Source: an uncultured Gammaproteobacteria bacterium (lineage in GTDB: Bacteria; Pseudomonadota; Gammaproteobacteria; SZUA-229). Taken from it: a DNA stretch of 46,442 bases. Shown one piece after another: positions 38,901-46,442 of this stretch. Numbering within the stretch: the stretch's first letter is position 1; the number at the start of each line of letters is the position of its first letter. The translations under genes and the position numbers were made by a program. The notes under the pieces were generated by a model that did no database searches, had not been told where the DNA came from, and was given only the letters and a program-made list of their open reading frames with translations. Where the stretch lies: the NCBI GenBank assembly GCA_965368175.1, contig CBDULX010000002.1:1-46442 (forward strand). The letters run 5' to 3'.

Positions 38901-40409
38901 ATGACTGCAGAAATTCATACTTTAGATACAGTAAATAGACACAAATTAGAGCTCGAACAATGCCAAATTAGTTCAGACAGTACCGATCAATCAGACCAGA
39001 CCAATGTTCAGGACTCAGAACATATATCAAAAGTTATCAAGGACTTCATTACCAACAAAGCAGACCAGGCCCAGAGCAAACCATCTTCTCGTAATAACTT
39101 TTTCAACAGACAGGATGTCATTAAAGCGCTAACAGGTATCCAGCTGAGTTATAAACCTGAGTATATTCCAGGGCAGAAAGTCAATATCAACACCGATGGT
39201 TTCAAATACGCCCTGTTGAACGGTATGGCCAAGCTTAATAACTCTGCCGTACCTCGCGCAATGAATCAGATTGATGGACGCACCATAGATTTTGTTGAAA
39301 TGATCTTTGGCGCATTCTTGAGGGACAAAAATGTTTCAGATGCCATCAAGTCATTATTACTGACCTTGCAGATTCCAGTAGTCAAAACTTCCCTGCTCGA
39401 TAATAACTTTTTTTATGATATGAAACATCCTGCTCGTCATGTACTTGATACCGTTGCACATATTGGAATAGGGATTGAAGACAGCAACGATACTGTCTAT
39501 AAGACTATGGAACTGATCATTGAGCAATTATTACGTAGCTTTGATCAAAACATTGTTAGCTTTCGAACTGCACTCGCCTCACTAAAACGTTTGACTGATA
39601 TCGAGCAAAAGAAACAGCAGCAGAATGAACAGCAAACAAAACAACAGATACTACAGGAACATGCACGACAAATCGTATTAACAGAACTCCAGTTCCACAC
39701 TTTGAGCACTAAAATACCTAAGCCAGTACAACCATTAATACTTAATCACTGGTCAACCATGATGTTCCATCGCTATATTAGATTCGGAAAGAATAGCGAA
39801 CAATGGAATGAAGCGACAGACTTACTCAATCTGATGATTCAGACCTTAAAGCCATTAAACTGTAAAGAGGAGTGGCTTTCATTACAAAATATTCATTTGA
39901 GTATTGTATATACAATTAAAGTAATACTTGACGAAACCCGACAAAATAAAGAAAAGGTTTTCATGGCGGTAAATAATCTTAAGAACACTTATATTAAGAT
40001 TTTAACCGAATCTGAATATTTTGAGGAGACAGCTCCACCTGAAAACACACATACTACTCTTGATTCAATTCCGGGGTCTGATGCAGATAAGTCCCCAACA
40101 CCGCTGGATATAAAAATTGAATCCTCAAAACAAAAAATCGAAAAATTACCACAACACGTAAAACCTGGCACCTGGTTTGAAATATTTACGGGTGTAGATC
40201 ATCCCGTCCGTCGCTTAAAACTTTCGGTGATAGTCCAGGAAAATGCACGACTGGTATTTGTTGACCGTCTGGGTATAAAAGTACTGGAAAAGGATGCGGA
40301 AGAATTTACCCATGAACTGGAAACTGATAAATCCCGTCTGCTTGATGACCATTCAGTGTTTGATCATGCACTTAGCCAGGTGATTAACTCAATTTCCGCT
40401 TCCAGATAA
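38901..40409 (+). CDS. DUF1631-family protein
   Basis: 502 aa. Core block FVEMIFGAFLRDKNVSDAIKSLLLTLQIPVVKTSLLDNNFFYDMKHPARHVLD and C-terminal PGTWFEIF...RRLKLSVIVQENARLVFVDRLGIKV match the DUF1631 pattern. Confidence 0.75.
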   Translation: MTAEIHTLDTVNRHKLELEQCQISSDSTDQSDQTNVQDSEHISKVIKDFITNKADQAQSKPSSRNNFFNRQDVIKALTGIQLSYKPEYIPGQKVNINTDGFKYALLNGMAKLNNSAVPRAMNQIDGRTIDFVEMIFGAFLRDKNVSDAIKSLLLTLQIPVVKTSLLDNNFFYDMKHPARHVLDTVAHIGIGIEDSNDTVYKTMELIIEQLLRSFDQNIVSFRTALASLKRLTDIEQKKQQQNEQQTKQQILQEHARQIVLTELQFHTLSTKIPKPVQPLILNHWSTMMFHRYIRFGKNSEQWNEATDLLNLMIQTLKPLNCKEEWLSLQNIHLSIVYTIKVILDETRQNKEKVFMAVNNLKNTYIKILTESEYFEETAPPENTHTTLDSIPGSDADKSPTPLDIKIESSKQKIEKLPQHVKPGTWFEIFTGVDHPVRRLKLSVIVQENARLVFVDRLGIKVLEKDAEEFTHELETDKSRLLDDHSVFDHALSQVINSISASR

Positions 40410-40433
40410 AAGCTAAACTTTGAGTATAAAAAA

Positions 40434-40465
40434 AGGCCTCCTGCAAAACAGGGGGCCTTTTTTAT
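40434..40465. terminator. bidirectional rho-independent terminator
   Basis: AGGCCTCCTG / CAGGGGGCCT stem (one G-U pair), loop CAAAA. An A-run upstream and TTTTTATTT downstream could serve both DUF1631 (+) and the tRNA operon (-). Confidence 0.85.
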
Positions 40466-40470
40466 TTGTA

Positions 40471-40547
40471 TGGCGGACCGGACGGGATTTGAACCCGCGA
40501 CCTCCGGCGTGACAGGCCGGCATTCTAACCAGCTGAACTACCGGTCC
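40471..40547 (-). tRNA. tRNA-Asp (anticodon GTC)
   Basis: Reverse complement GGACCGGTAGTTCAGCTGGTTAGAATGCCGGCCTGTCACGCCGGAGGTCGCGGGTTCAAATCCCGTCCGGTCCGCCA. It folds as a cloverleaf with anticodon loop CTGTCAC and an encoded CCA. Confidence 0.95.
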
Positions 40548-40552
40548 GAGAT

Positions 40553-40628
40553 TGGTGGGTGATGAGAGATTTGAACTCCCGACATTCGCCTTGTAAGGGC
40601 GACGCTCTACCAGCTGAGCTAATCACCC
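40553..40628 (-). tRNA. tRNA-Val (anticodon TAC)
   Basis: Reverse complement GGGTGATTAGCTCAGCTGGTAGAGCGTCGCCCTTACAAGGCGAATGTCGGGAGTTCAAATCTCTCATCACCCACCA. Anticodon loop CTTACAA, encoded CCA. Confidence 0.95.
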
Positions 40629-40641
40629 AGAGCCGAGCGAG

Positions 40642-40670
40642 ATTCTATATTAATAAAATCTGAATTTCCA
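40642..40670 (-). promoter_or_regulatory. candidate promoter for the tRNA-Val/tRNA-Asp pair
   Basis: On the minus strand: TGGAAA (40670-40665), 17-nt spacer, TAGAAT (40647-40642), then a GC-rich discriminator CTCGCTCGGCTCT directly before the tRNA-Val 5' end. Confidence 0.3.
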
Positions 40671-40726
40671 TCCTTGTTTGTCATTATTTCAAAATTAATT
40701 ACCTGCTATTATATTCAGGGGCTGGT

Positions 40727-41017
40727 TTAGAGCCATTCTCGATGTATATGAATCAATTCAATATCTCGCATATCCAGAATCAACTGTTCTACAGCCTGAG
40801 ACTGCCCCTCCAGATAACGACGATCTTTGCTTATCATGCAAATTCCGAGCATGGACTTCTGCCAGTCCTCCAGAAAATCAATTTCAGAAACAGAGGCATT
40901 GAACCTGGCCTGTAATCGCTGTTTTAGCCCTGCCACAGGCTGGCGTTTATCCTTGAGGGAGTGCGCATAAGGGATGAGCAGTTCCACTTGCATAAACAAA
41001 ATGTGAGCAGCTGACAT
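40727..41017 (-). CDS. DUF503-family protein (YlxP-like)
   Basis: MQVELLIPYAHSLKDKRQPVAGLKQRL...MLGICMIS matches the DUF503 pattern. The start is 3 nt after the peptidase stop. An alternative ATG lies at 40993. Confidence 0.7.
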   Translation of the reverse strand: MSAAHILFMQVELLIPYAHSLKDKRQPVAGLKQRLQARFNASVSEIDFLEDWQKSMLGICMISKDRRYLEGQSQAVEQLILDMRDIELIHIHREWL

Positions 41018-41020
41018 TGA

Positions 41021-43984
41021 TCAAACCTGATTAATGTCCAGACCCAGTTCTTTAGCCTTCTGTTCCATATTACTGTTACAAACTACCGCTATACTGGCCT
41101 TTTCTGGAATCAGGTAGGTTTCACCAACCCGCTTCAAATCATCCAGTGTAACCTCAAGTATTTGCTGACGGAATTTCTGTCGCTGCTCAGGAGTACGCCC
41201 GTAAAGACTGTTATGGAAAGCCTGCTTGGCTTCTCCTGCAGGCGAGCCGGGTTTATCGATACCGCCGATAACACCGAGTATCGCCTCTTCAAGATACCGT
41301 GGTTCGTGGTCTTCAGTTAATAGCCATTGGATGGAGGAATCAAAATCGTCAAGGGTCTCAGCCATACGCGGATCCCGGTAGGAATAAAACCTGAAGCAGG
41401 CATTTGCCGGCTCATGACTGGCACCACCGCCATAGGCTCCGCCCTGTTCACGGATAACCCGATGAAGATAACCGTTTCGCAGGAAGCCTCCCAGCACAGT
41501 CAGTGCAGCGGCATCCTTATGCTCTACGGGTACCGTTGCATAGGATTTAGCACAGAAATTCACCTGGGTGCTGGTGAGCCATGCCTGTTTTACCTGCTGA
41601 TGGACTTCATCAAGCTTAAGCAGATGGGTATTTACCGGGCCTGTATCAGACCAGTAGTGCTCCAGATCATGTAGCAAATTTTGCTGTTGATCCTGCTCAC
41701 TAATGACCAGGAACTGACGAGGTGCTGCCATCATTTTGTTGTGAATGCTCTGAAAAGTGCTGCAAAGTGACTTCAGGTTAGCCGCATCATCCAGTCCGTC
41801 ATCAAGTTGCTTAGTGTATTTGATTCCCTGCAAGCCACTGAGGCGATGAGTCAGTGCCGCAGATGGACTCATGCCACTACTGGCAGAGATCATCGCCAGG
41901 CTATGCCCCTGCCCTGTGATGCTTTGTTCCCGGCGGGCACGTTTCTGTGCGATAAGCTCCCTGATTCGGCCCGTTTCATCAAAACGAACATTGTTCATGA
42001 TTTCTGACATCAGCTCATTGAGTGAATCGTGATGTCGTGCCAGTGCCTTACCTGAAATAACAAAATGGCCTCGGCAATGCTGTACATTATCAATATCACC
42101 CCGAACAGAGGTGAAAGCATTAATGCCGCCCGTAACCTGGGATTGCCAGTTTTGCATTTCAAGATAATCTTTGTCGCCACAACCCAGTTCAGTCAGACAA
42201 TAGCTGTAGAACGGCAGTATATCGATTTCATCATTGTCCAGATGCGGCAGGTCGAATACCAGCTGCTCATATACCAGGCCATTAGTACCCTGTATGTATG
42301 AGGACAGTTTCTGTTTTCCGGCAGTGTACTCTACACCTTCTGGAATATTAATTTCAGCAGGGACATCGCTCAGGCCAACTTTGGGTAATACATCAGGATC
42401 ATCATGTTCCAGCTGTCTTTTTTGCAATGTTTCCGCCTGTTCAATAATTTTCTGCTTGTCTTTTTCACTCAGACCCGCCTTAATTGCTGCCAGTCGATCT
42501 TTTTCTGCCTGTTCAGTCTGATGGCTCAACTGGGCATCCGGTTTCATGGTCAGTCGTACCCGGTGCATGTTATCCAGCAAATTCTTCCTCACCAGCTGTT
42601 TAATAAAATCAGGATCTTTAATGTCGGTCCGTAACTTTTCAAGAACAGGGTCAAGATTGAGTACCGCAACCGGATCACCACGATGAATGGCAGCAGAAAG
42701 GCTTTCCAGAATCAGCTGTAATCCATAAGGATAAGAATCACCACCAATTTCGCGTTGACTCAGTTCAAGCTGGTGTAATACAGCTTCAACATTTTCCTGT
42801 GGTACTCCCTCTTCTGCAACTTGCTGCAGGACCTGCAAAATTAATTGCTCGACTTTTTCCGCCTGCTCAGGATTAGAGCCTTCCAGTCCACATAGGAAAC
42901 TCATCTCAAGGTTCGAGTCTTCCAGGCCACAGAGAGGTGATGGCGCCGATCCAAGATCTGTTGTTTCCAGCGCCCTGCGCAGAGGTGATGCGCTATTGTC
43001 GAGAAGGACACTGGACATCAGATGGGTTTTTAGCATTTCCTCAAGCGAAATACTCTGGCCGAGTAACCAGCCCACGACTATATGCGTTTTGTTATTAATG
43101 TCTTCCTCATCCAGCGCATAGCGATCTTCAAGCACTTTAGGGGATGTAAAACGTTGTTCTGGATTGACTAGAATCTGCTTATCGAGTTTGTCGAATCGAT
43201 TCAGCGCATTGTTTTCAAATCGATCATGATGTTCATAGGCAGGTATATCGCCGAATGTCATAAAAACTGCGTTAGATGGGTGATAATGGGTTTTGTAAAA
43301 TGCCTTAAGTTGCTGGTAACTTAAATCGGGGATCTTTTCAGGATCACCCCCACTATTGTAATGGTAAGTGGTAGTTGGAAAAAGATGTTCAGTAATACTC
43401 TGCCATAAGGTACTGACCGGTGAACTCATGGCTCCTTTCATTTCATTGAAAACTATACCCTTATAGACCAGATCCGATTCAGGGTCATTCGGTTTATCGA
43501 ATTCAAATCTATGCCCTTCCTGTGCAAAATCCAGTTCATCCAGCCTGGAAAAAAATACTGCATCCAGATAAACATCCAGTAAATTATTAAAATCTTTTCT
43601 GTTCTGGCTGGCGAATGGATATGCCGTCCAGTCGCTGCTGGTGAAAGCATTCATGAAAGTATTTAATGATCGACGGATCATCATAAAGAATGGATCGCGT
43701 ACAGGATAATGCTCACTGCCACAAAGCGCCGTGTGTTCAAGTACATGAGCGACGCCTGTAGAATCGGTTGGCACGGTTCTCAGAGCCACCAGAAAAACAT
43801 TTTCAGGATTATCAGCAACCAGATGATAATGCGGGGCACCGGTTTTAATATGCCGATACTCCTCAATAATAATATTCAGTGAATCAATCTGTTCACTTCT
43901 TAACCATTCAAATGCGGAATGTATTTTTTCTGGTTTAGCTGAGGTTACTGACATAAATGCGCCTATATTCATTTTAATCATCAA
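41021..43984 (-). CDS. M16C-family (PreP/presequence-protease-like) zinc metallopeptidase
   Basis: ~980 aa. Inverted zinc motif HVLEHTALCGS (HxxEH) and FNEMKG block, with the four-domain length typical of M16C. Possible starts are TTG 43984, ATG 43981, 43972 or 43954. Confidence 0.88.
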   Translation of the reverse strand: MMIKMNIGAFMSVTSAKPEKIHSAFEWLRSEQIDSLNIIIEEYRHIKTGAPHYHLVADNPENVFLVALRTVPTDSTGVAHVLEHTALCGSEHYPVRDPFFMMIRRSLNTFMNAFTSSDWTAYPFASQNRKDFNNLLDVYLDAVFFSRLDELDFAQEGHRFEFDKPNDPESDLVYKGIVFNEMKGAMSSPVSTLWQSITEHLFPTTTYHYNSGGDPEKIPDLSYQQLKAFYKTHYHPSNAVFMTFGDIPAYEHHDRFENNALNRFDKLDKQILVNPEQRFTSPKVLEDRYALDEEDINNKTHIVVGWLLGQSISLEEMLKTHLMSSVLLDNSASPLRRALETTDLGSAPSPLCGLEDSNLEMSFLCGLEGSNPEQAEKVEQLILQVLQQVAEEGVPQENVEAVLHQLELSQREIGGDSYPYGLQLILESLSAAIHRGDPVAVLNLDPVLEKLRTDIKDPDFIKQLVRKNLLDNMHRVRLTMKPDAQLSHQTEQAEKDRLAAIKAGLSEKDKQKIIEQAETLQKRQLEHDDPDVLPKVGLSDVPAEINIPEGVEYTAGKQKLSSYIQGTNGLVYEQLVFDLPHLDNDEIDILPFYSYCLTELGCGDKDYLEMQNWQSQVTGGINAFTSVRGDIDNVQHCRGHFVISGKALARHHDSLNELMSEIMNNVRFDETGRIRELIAQKRARREQSITGQGHSLAMISASSGMSPSAALTHRLSGLQGIKYTKQLDDGLDDAANLKSLCSTFQSIHNKMMAAPRQFLVISEQDQQQNLLHDLEHYWSDTGPVNTHLLKLDEVHQQVKQAWLTSTQVNFCAKSYATVPVEHKDAAALTVLGGFLRNGYLHRVIREQGGAYGGGASHEPANACFRFYSYRDPRMAETLDDFDSSIQWLLTEDHEPRYLEEAILGVIGGIDKPGSPAGEAKQAFHNSLYGRTPEQRQKFRQQILEVTLDDLKRVGETYLIPEKASIAVVCNSNMEQKAKELGLDINQV

Positions 43985-44067
43985 ATTGTACCTTGCTGGA
44001 CCTGTTTTGTGCGAGAATAGTTCATAAACTTTCTAAACCCTGATAAACCTTTTAAATAATAAGATTA

Positions 44068-46442
44068 ATGATTAAACCTTTAAGCGCAAAACAGCTCAGG
44101 CCACAGTGCATTGCTGCTGATCTTCCCTTCAAAACCTCTGCAGAATTAGCCGATTTACCTGGTATTCTCGGGCAGGATAGAGCTCTGCAAGCAGTTGAAT
44201 TTGGCATCGGCGTACACCATCGCGGATTTAACCTTTATGTGATGGGACCGTCAGGACTGGGCAAACACGGCATCATGAGAAAGTACCTGAACCGTAGAGC
44301 CTCTCATGAAGAAACGCCTTCAGACTGGTGCTATGTACGTGATTTTGATCAGGATTACCGACCTCGCGCCCTGAAACTACCAGCTGGGCAGGGCAAATCC
44401 TTTCGTAAAGATATGAAAAATCTGGTCGAAGACCTGGGAACTGCCATCAATGCCGCTTTTGAAGCCAGTGAATACCAGGAACAGGTGCAATCCATAGAAC
44501 GTCTGTTTAATAAAAAACAGGCATCATTAATTGACAAGCATGTTGAAAAAGCCCGTTTACAGAATATACAGCTCAGTACCACACCTACCGGCTTTATTCT
44601 AACACCCATTATCGATGGCAAAATTGTTTCAGAAGAAGAGTTTGAGAATCTGGCTGATGAAAAACGGCTGGATATTGAAGAAAAAATGGCGCTATTCCAG
44701 GATGAGTTAGATTATCTGGTACCTGAGATTTCCCGTCAGCGCCGTGAATTCAACATAAAAATGAAAAAGTTGAATCGAAAAGTAGCTCTGTTTGCCACCA
44801 ATAATCTTATCAAGGACGTTAAACGCCGTTACAAAGCCTTGCCCGAAGTGGTCAATTACCTGAAAGGTGTTCAGGAGGATGTACTTCATCACCTGGACGC
44901 TTTCTCGGAAAACGACGAAGAAGAAAGCAATGCCGAAGGCAATGTTACACACAGCCGTAGCAGTGATGACCTCCAGCGCTACCAGGTTAACCTGATTGTT
45001 GATAGTGGCAGGAAAAATGGCGCCCCGGTCTTATACCTGGATAACCCAACTTACCACAATCTGATTGGCCGCATTGAATACGAAAGCCGCTCTTCAGGCA
45101 TGAATACCAATTTCACCATGATTAAATCAGGTGCTTTACTGGAAGCTAATGGTGGTTATCTGGTACTGGATGCACATAAAATCCTCAACATACCCCATGC
45201 ATGGGAAGCTCTGAAACGCTCTCTGTATGCGAAGAAGGTTAAAATTGAGTCACTGGATCAGGTTTTAAACACCGATACAATGGTGACCCTGGAGCCTGAA
45301 CCCATTCCCCTCAACATCAAAATCATTTTACTGGGTAATCGCATCACTTATTATATGCTACATGAAATGGATCCGGATTTTCCCGAGTTATTCAAAGTCG
45401 AGGCCGACTTTGATGAGGAAATGCCACGTACTGAGGAGAACACATTAAACTTTGCCAGACTGATTGCATCACGAGCCAGAAAATTTAACCTGAGAGATCT
45501 TGAAGCCGATGCGGTCGCCCGCCTGATCGAATTTAGCTCCAGGCTCGCCCAGGATAGCAAAAAACTGTCCATGCGACTCCGCACCATTGATGATTTATTA
45601 ATAGAAACACAGTACTGGGCCAATAAGGCACATCATCATGTTATTACTGCACAGAATGTAGAATCCGCCATTGAAGCTCAGATCGGTCGCACCGAACGTA
45701 TTCAGAAGCTGATTCAGGATGACATTCATGAGGGCACCCTGTTAATCGACACAGATGGTGAGGCCGTTGGTCAAATCAATGGACTGTCCGTATTTGATGT
45801 CGGCAAATACAGCTTTGGCCAACCTTCCAGAATCACCGCAACCGTACATCTTGGTGATGGTAAAATCATCAATATCGAACGCGAAGTCGATCTCAGCGGC
45901 TCTATTCACGACAAGGGCGTATTAATCTTATCAGCTTTACTGGCAAGTCGTTATACTCGTGATACAACCCTGTCTTTTTCAGCCAGTATTACCTTCGAAC
46001 AATCTTATGGCCGTATAGACGGTGACAGTGCATCACTGGCAGAACTCTGCGTATTAATTTCCGCTGTTACTCATATCCCTTTAAAACAAAGCTTTGCGGT
46101 AACTGGATCTCTAAATCAGCAGGGACATGTACAGGCTATAGGTGGTGTGAATGAAAAAATCGAAGGTTTTTTCGATATCTGTAAAATGCGAGGCCTAACC
46201 GGTAAACAGGGCTGTATTATTCCTGAAGTAAATGTTAAAAATCTGGTGCTACGACAGGACATTGTGGATGCCATCGAAAACAGTCAGTTTTCGATTTATC
46301 CGGTCACCCACTTTGAACAGGTACTTGAAATACTCACCGACCAGAAGGCAGGTGAACTACTGGCCGACGGTAATTATGAAAAAGATAGCCTGAATGATCG
46401 ACTGGTTAACAAAATGTGTGAATTCGCCACACTGCGCAAAGC
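44068..46442 (+). CDS. LonC-like Lon-family serine protease, 5'-complete and 3'-truncated by the window edge
   Basis: Open frame from ATG 44068 (stop at 44053-44055 upstream) to the window end. It is not in the ORF track because no stop is reached. Walker-A-like GPSGLGKH, a long helical insertion, YLVLDA, and protease motifs DGDSAS (46018-46035) and GGVNEKIEGF. Confidence 0.88.
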   Translation, partial: MIKPLSAKQLRPQCIAADLPFKTSAELADLPGILGQDRALQAVEFGIGVHHRGFNLYVMGPSGLGKHGIMRKYLNRRASHEETPSDWCYVRDFDQDYRPRALKLPAGQGKSFRKDMKNLVEDLGTAINAAFEASEYQEQVQSIERLFNKKQASLIDKHVEKARLQNIQLSTTPTGFILTPIIDGKIVSEEEFENLADEKRLDIEEKMALFQDELDYLVPEISRQRREFNIKMKKLNRKVALFATNNLIKDVKRRYKALPEVVNYLKGVQEDVLHHLDAFSENDEEESNAEGNVTHSRSSDDLQRYQVNLIVDSGRKNGAPVLYLDNPTYHNLIGRIEYESRSSGMNTNFTMIKSGALLEANGGYLVLDAHKILNIPHAWEALKRSLYAKKVKIESLDQVLNTDTMVTLEPEPIPLNIKIILLGNRITYYMLHEMDPDFPELFKVEADFDEEMPRTEENTLNFARLIASRARKFNLRDLEADAVARLIEFSSRLAQDSKKLSMRLRTIDDLLIETQYWANKAHHHVITAQNVESAIEAQIGRTERIQKLIQDDIHEGTLLIDTDGEAVGQINGLSVFDVGKYSFGQPSRITATVHLGDGKIINIEREVDLSGSIHDKGVLILSALLASRYTRDTTLSFSASITFEQSYGRIDGDSASLAELCVLISAVTHIPLKQSFAVTGSLNQQGHVQAIGGVNEKIEGFFDICKMRGLTGKQGCIIPEVNVKNLVLRQDIVDAIENSQFSIYPVTHFEQVLEILTDQKAGELLADGNYEKDSLNDRLVNKMCEFATLRK

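Noticed and set aside
40471-40628. The tRNA-Val/tRNA-Asp pair as a possible genomic-island integration site.
   Set aside because: There is no integrase, no direct repeat of a tRNA 3' end, and no phage or mobile genes on either side. The flanking genes look like ordinary chromosomal genes.
44355-45623. Minus-strand ORFs 44355-44621, 44707-44952 and 45351-45623, the only ORFs listed in the track for this region.
   Set aside because: All lie antisense to the long uninterrupted plus-strand Lon-like frame, which has clear Walker-A-like and Ser-Lys protease motifs.

Overview
Chromosomal window from a moderately A+T-rich, Gammaproteobacteria-like genome (composition judged by eye; taxon inferred from gene content and order). 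I saw no transposase, integrase, phage gene or CRISPR array. Left to right: (1) a partial ORF, two lipoprotein genes, a YkgJ-type Cys-cluster protein, a 625-aa Sel1-repeat protein, a ceramidase-like membrane protein, a di-haem cytochrome c peroxidase and three small orphan ORFs. (2) An aa3/caa3-type cytochrome c oxidase locus: coxB (with fused cytochrome c), coxA, ctaG/cox11, coxC, an antisense DUF2909 gene, SURF1 and a SCO-like CxxxC protein. Three small membrane-protein genes follow, then ctaB and ctaA on the opposite strand, then SCO1/SenC. (3) A five-gene cytoplasmic signalling cassette on the minus strand: REC-PAS, a 110-aa protein, HDOD, REC plus a degenerate HD-GYP, and a GAF histidine kinase. 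It contains a ~167-nt palindromic element. (4) secF-secD-yajC-tgt, a class-V aminotransferase on the other strand, then queA. (5) A seven-gene, translationally coupled MoxR AAA+/DUF58 operon with RDD, SpoIIM-like, DUF4129-like and DUF4350-like membrane proteins. This is my top candidate for an uncharacterised system. (6) An FAH-family hydrolase, a DUF1631 protein behind a ~690-nt leader, tRNA-Asp and tRNA-Val, DUF503, a PreP-like M16C metallopeptidase, and a LonC-like protease running off the right edge (absent from the ORF track because it has no stop). Family assignments come from motifs read in the translations; no database search was possible.
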